Shown here: positions 26,379 to 29,317 of the stretch, piece after piece
How the letters are laid out: each line of letters opens with the position of its first letter
Numbering within the stretch: the stretch's first letter is position 1
Assembly (NCBI GenBank): GCA_039802265.1
Contig: JBDRWI010000026.1
Span: 1 to 29,317 of the forward strand
Length of the DNA stretch: 29,317 nt
Origin: a candidate division WOR-3 bacterium
GTDB lineage: Bacteria; Hydrothermota; Tepidihabitantia; SM23-42; JAOAFX01
Direction of reading: 5' to 3'
Made by a program: the position numbers and the translations under genes
The notes under the pieces: generated by a model
The model's database searches: none
Told to the model about the DNA's origin: nothing
The model's input: only the letters and a program-made list of their open reading frames with translations

Positions 26379-28964
26379 TCATTTAAGATAAATTACTTTT
26401 TCTATCTTCTGATAATTATTGCTCTCTAATTGCACAAAATAGACCCCGGAAGATAAATTCTTGGGCATAAGCAAAAACTCATTTTTACCAATCCTCGCCC
26501 TGCCCAATTCCTCTTTTTGGATTAATCTTCCGGTTATATCATACAATTTGATCGCAATGGGACGGCCATCTGGAGAATTGAAATGAATCCTTAAGAGGTT
26601 CTTTGTCGGGTTTGGGAATATCTTCTCAAATAAGAAAGGACTGGGAATAGGGGTTTCTTCACCCATCGGACCGCCTGCCATTGGTGTTTTGGTTTCCTTA
26701 GGGAATTCATATAACCCAATCTCGCTACAAACAACCCGCTTACCCTTGATTTTTGAAATATCAATAATTATCTCCCCATCAGCATAGGTATTCTCGGGCA
26801 ACCAGACTGAAATCCTCTTTAAATGATTCGGTTGAATAAATGTAGTATCCAATCCAACTCCATCCACAATCAGCGCCTGAATTATCCTGCCGATGCCTCT
26901 CTTTTCCGGTTCGTAGCGTCCATCTTCAGATGGACGGGCATTCTTATCCGTCCAGTTAAAACTGGACGCTACAATTTCTCTGTTTGTGGTTGAAGGTAAA
27001 AGGTTTAAGGTGTTAAAGTTTGCGCGTCCTGTTAAATTGTCATGCTGAACTTGTTTCAGCATCTCATCTGTGCGATGAATCGCACCGCTACAATTTTGCG
27101 TTTCACGGTTCACGGTAGACGGTTCACGACTTGTAGGAGCAGGGACTTCAGTCCCGTTATCCCCTGATAACCCTTCATATCCCTTAATAACCCCTGATTC
27201 CCCTTTTGCCTCTAATTGCCTCAAATTGCCCCCAATTGCCTTAATCTGCCCCAAATTGCCCTTGCTCACCTGATTCTCAAAATAATACGCCAAGTCCAGC
27301 CGATAAATCTTATCCGCGCTCAAACCCGTAAACTTATATCTCAAATTCTCATACCCCCAATCGGTAGTCTGATATGGCAAATCCCCAAATATCCAATAAC
27401 CATCCCTTTTTAGACAATACTGAGATTGAGTTGGCTTACCCAAATCGGCATAGAATCCTGGTACCGCAGGAACGGTGATTTTCTCAAATTCAATCCGATA
27501 AGGGGCTGAATCACCTTCAGTCCAGGCAATATATAAGCAGGTATCATTTAAATCCTGACGGAATAAGGCTGTTGGATGGGCAGAGAGCTCCGGAGTCACT
27601 TTTACGGTTTCTGGAGCACCCCAGGTCGCACCGTTAAATCTTGAATAGTAAATATCCCCGTTTGCCCAGATTGTATACCAGGCCGCAACATTTACCGGCT
27701 CACCAAACCGGTTAAAAGGCAGTGGCTGATAAACAGTCTTGATGCTATCCCAGCCCAGAGCTGTTTTACTACGACAGGAGATAGAATGGATATAGGTTGT
27801 ATCAGGATACCGATTGTCCCAGACCAAATGTAATCTATCTCCAAAAGACTCAATATCAGGATAATAAGAGCCATCAAAGGTAAGGGTATCAGTTTTTGGT
27901 TTTTCTGACCAGACCCTATTCTGCCGATAACGGTATCTAATCCTTGGTGCACCGGGCGCAGTCTCATAGGCGATATGAATCACACCCTGATTATCTATGG
28001 TCAAACTTGGACAGGGACTGGGCGATTCCTCATAAACCCAGATTGTATCTAATTGTATGTAGTTAAAAATAGGGATAGAATCAAGAGCGTGAAAGTTGCC
28101 ATACCAGACTGCAAAACGATGAGGATAGTTTTTACCCATCGGTGACATCCAGGTCACATGGATGGTATCCAATGAATCTATACCTGCTGAAGGCGCCGGG
28201 ATTGCATATAGGGGAATACCAACCGAGACTGAGTCAATAGACATAAGAAGTGCAGGTGTAGTCCAGTGGTTATTGATGAATTTCGTAAAATACAACTGGG
28301 CACTACCAAATCCACCGGGACCTACCCATCGTCCAAATAGACAACAAGGATTATGCTGTGAATCCAAGACCAATGTTGGATATTTGCCGAAGTCAATGGC
28401 GGTCCCTTCCCAGGTAAAGCCTTCATTATTGGTTGAAATAAACTTTATTCCTTCTTCAGTAGTGTATGCCAAAAAGATTTCTCCAGTAATTGGGTTACGA
28501 ACAATCCTTGTGCCATTGTTATATGCCGTAGCAAAGGGTGAATTTGAAACACAGGGGAGCGTCACTCTGCTACTATCAGAGAAACCAGATTCATTCCCCA
28601 GACTATCAAAACTGGTCAATTTATATTCATAAGTATACCCAAATTGGACCGTAGTATCAAGATATGTAGTATCTGTAGGTTCGCCAATTACTGTCCACGG
28701 ACTCCATTGTAAAACAGTTGATTTTTCTTTTCTATAAACCCGATAACCCTGTAGGTCGGGCTCGGTATTCTTTGCCCAATATAATCTGACATCATTATCT
28801 TCCAGGAAAATTTTTAATCCAGTCGGCGCTGCCGGAATGCTATCCCTAATGCGGTGGTGAAGTAATATTTGATTCATAGCAAATTGATGGTCATAGTCAA
28901 AGGCATTCCAGCCACTTCTAAAGTGAAAAATTGTCCAGCAATTTGTTGGCTCGCCTGCGGGGGG
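26379..28964 (-). CDS. C-terminal part of a large T9SS-cargo protein (Fn3, beta-propeller-like region, repeat-derived insert, T9SS C-terminal sorting domain); in a different frame from its N-terminal part
   Basis: Frame is open from 28964. Fn3 'PAAPTGL...LYW..NTEPDLQGYRVYR...YLD...Y.Y..TSFD..GNES..S'. CTD 'FPNPT...I.LYDITGRLI...LSSGVYFV.L......KVI'. No signal peptide at the track ATG (28877). Confidence 0.8.
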   Translation of the reverse strand, partial: PPAGEPTNCWTIFHFRSGWNAFDYDHQFAMNQILLHHRIRDSIPAAPTGLKIFLEDNDVRLYWAKNTEPDLQGYRVYRKEKSTVLQWSPWTVIGEPTDTTYLDTTVQFGYTYEYKLTSFDSLGNESGFSDSSRVTLPCVSNSPFATAYNNGTRIVRNPITGEIFLAYTTEEGIKFISTNNEGFTWEGTAIDFGKYPTLVLDSQHNPCCLFGRWVGPGGFGSAQLYFTKFINNHWTTPALLMSIDSVSVGIPLYAIPAPSAGIDSLDTIHVTWMSPMGKNYPHRFAVWYGNFHALDSIPIFNYIQLDTIWVYEESPSPCPSLTIDNQGVIHIAYETAPGAPRIRYRYRQNRVWSEKPKTDTLTFDGSYYPDIESFGDRLHLVWDNRYPDTTYIHSISCRSKTALGWDSIKTVYQPLPFNRFGEPVNVAAWYTIWANGDIYYSRFNGATWGAPETVKVTPELSAHPTALFRQDLNDTCLYIAWTEGDSAPYRIEFEKITVPAVPGFYADLGKPTQSQYCLKRDGYWIFGDLPYQTTDWGYENLRYKFTGLSADKIYRLDLAYYFENQVSKGNLGQIKAIGGNLRQLEAKGESGVIKGYEGLSGDNGTEVPAPTSREPSTVNRETQNCSGAIHRTDEMLKQVQHDNLTGRANFNTLNLLPSTTNREIVASSFNWTDKNARPSEDGRYEPEKRGIGRIIQALIVDGVGLDTTFIQPNHLKRISVWLPENTYADGEIIIDISKIKGKRVVCSEIGLYEFPKETKTPMAGGPMGEETPIPSPFLFEKIFPNPTKNLLRIHFNSPDGRPIAIKLYDITGRLIQKEELGRARIGKNEFLLMPKNLSSGVYFVQLESNNYQKIEKVIYLK
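26913..26972. repeat. Inverted pair of GTAG-type REP hairpins (REPIN-like) inside CDS
   Basis: GTAG-CGTCCATCT-tc-AGATGGACG (26913-26936) and, on the minus strand, GTAG-CGTCCAGTT-tt-AACTGGACG (26949-26972). Confidence 0.8.
27038..27065 (+). repeat. TGTC/CGTC-type REP-like palindrome inside CDS
   Basis: TGTC-ATGCTGAA-cttgt-TTCAGCAT-CTC; read as EMLKQVQHD on the coding strand. Confidence 0.75.
27070..27155. repeat. Two further GTAG-type REP hairpins separated by a 7-mer tandem repeat
   Basis: Minus strand GTAG-cg-GTGCGAT-tc-ATCGCAC (27070-27091); GTTTCAC GGTTCAC GGTAGAC GGTTCAC (27100-27127); plus strand GTAG-gagca-GGGACT-tc-AGTCCC (27133-27155). Confidence 0.75.
27161..27260 (+). repeat. Two adjacent degenerate 10-mer tandem repeats inside CDS
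   Basis: CCCCTGATAA CCCTTCATAT CCCTTAATAA CCCCTGATTC (27161-27200), then TCTAATTGCC TCAAATTGCC CCCAATTGCC TTAATCTGCC CCAAATTGCC (27211-27260). Confidence 0.85.
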
Positions 28965-29317
28965 TCATAATGGTCAAATACATCCCAGATTGGGTCAAAG
29001 CCCATTGTAAGGGTATCATAAAGCCCGGTATCGGGAAACCAAACGCCATAAAGAGAATCAGGGTAAGAATGGTAAGGGATTTCATCATAAGCATCATAAA
29101 TGTCCCACAAAGCACCAGCAACAGAGCCCTCGCACCAGGGGCCACCATCAAAAAATTCAGGAATAGTTATTGAATTATCCCAAGGATTCTCAAGATTCCA
29201 ATAATTTAGACTTCCCCCATTTATTCCATGATGTGTGCTAATAATGAGCGAGTCTGCACCTGTCCCAACTCTTGCTCTTCCAGAAAAAAAGTGAGCCCAA
29301 CCTTCACCATAGCCGAT
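28874..29317 (-). CDS. Zinc metalloprotease (gluzincin-like) domain, 5'-truncated; N-terminal part of the frameshifted T9SS-cargo gene
   Basis: Frame is open to the window edge: IGYGEGWAHFFS...WNLENPW...EGSVAGALWDIYD...D.L..GFDPIWDVF. EGWAxFF is the third-ligand helix that follows HExxH; the HExxH itself is not in the window. Confidence 0.65.
   Translation of the reverse strand: MGYGEGWAHFFSGRARVGTGADSLIISTHHGINGGSLNYWNLENPWDNSITIPEFFDGGPWCEGSVAGALWDIYDAYDEIPYHSYPDSLYGVWFPDTGLYDTLTMGFDPIWDVFDHYDPPQASQQIAGQFFTLEVAGMPLTMTINLL

Noticed and set aside
26913..27260. CRISPR array or integron attC array
   Set aside because: There is no constant repeat with unique spacers, the hairpins differ in sequence, no attC RYYYAAC/GTTRRRY ends are evident, and no cas or intI gene is in the window.
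1414..29173. Numerous short antisense or alternate-frame ORFs in the track (e.g. 6641-7051, 15332-15820, 23801-24319, 28162-28632, 28918-29151)
   Set aside because: They overlap well-supported genes and lack RBSs or family motifs; treated as shadow ORFs.

Overview
Bacterial chromosomal window, mostly housekeeping and envelope genes. Two GWxTD proteins, a PorV-like protein and a T9SS C-terminal sorting domain sit alongside canonical TTGACA/TATAAT promoters and AGGAGG ribosome-binding sites. This suggests a non-Bacteroidota, FCB-related diderm such as WOR-3 (inference only). Left to right: 3' end of a GltD-like oxidoreductase; a palindrome-rich convergent gap; minus-strand operon hsp20-lon-GWxTD-GWxTD-NYN-PHP; csp; a duplicated Fn3-like lipoprotein; rlpA-ispE-tRNA-Gln-prs-rplY-ALDH-class III aminotransferase; a lipoprotein; M23 peptidase-glgD-like-glgC; der-plsY-gpsA-MerR; porV-like; exbB-exbD-exbD-tonB-OmpA-like; and a large frameshifted T9SS-cargo metalloprotease running off the right edge. 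Most unusual signals: (1) about 350 bp of stacked, unrelated REP-like hairpins and 7-/10-mer microrepeats read in frame inside the secreted protein; (2) eight near-consensus promoters that all have a 16-bp spacer, five of them apparently leaderless; (3) an ExbD paralog lacking the essential transmembrane Asp; (4) ultrashort uncharged N-terminal export signals; (5) a frameshift at a C6 tract. No CRISPR array, rRNA, transposase or integrase was seen.
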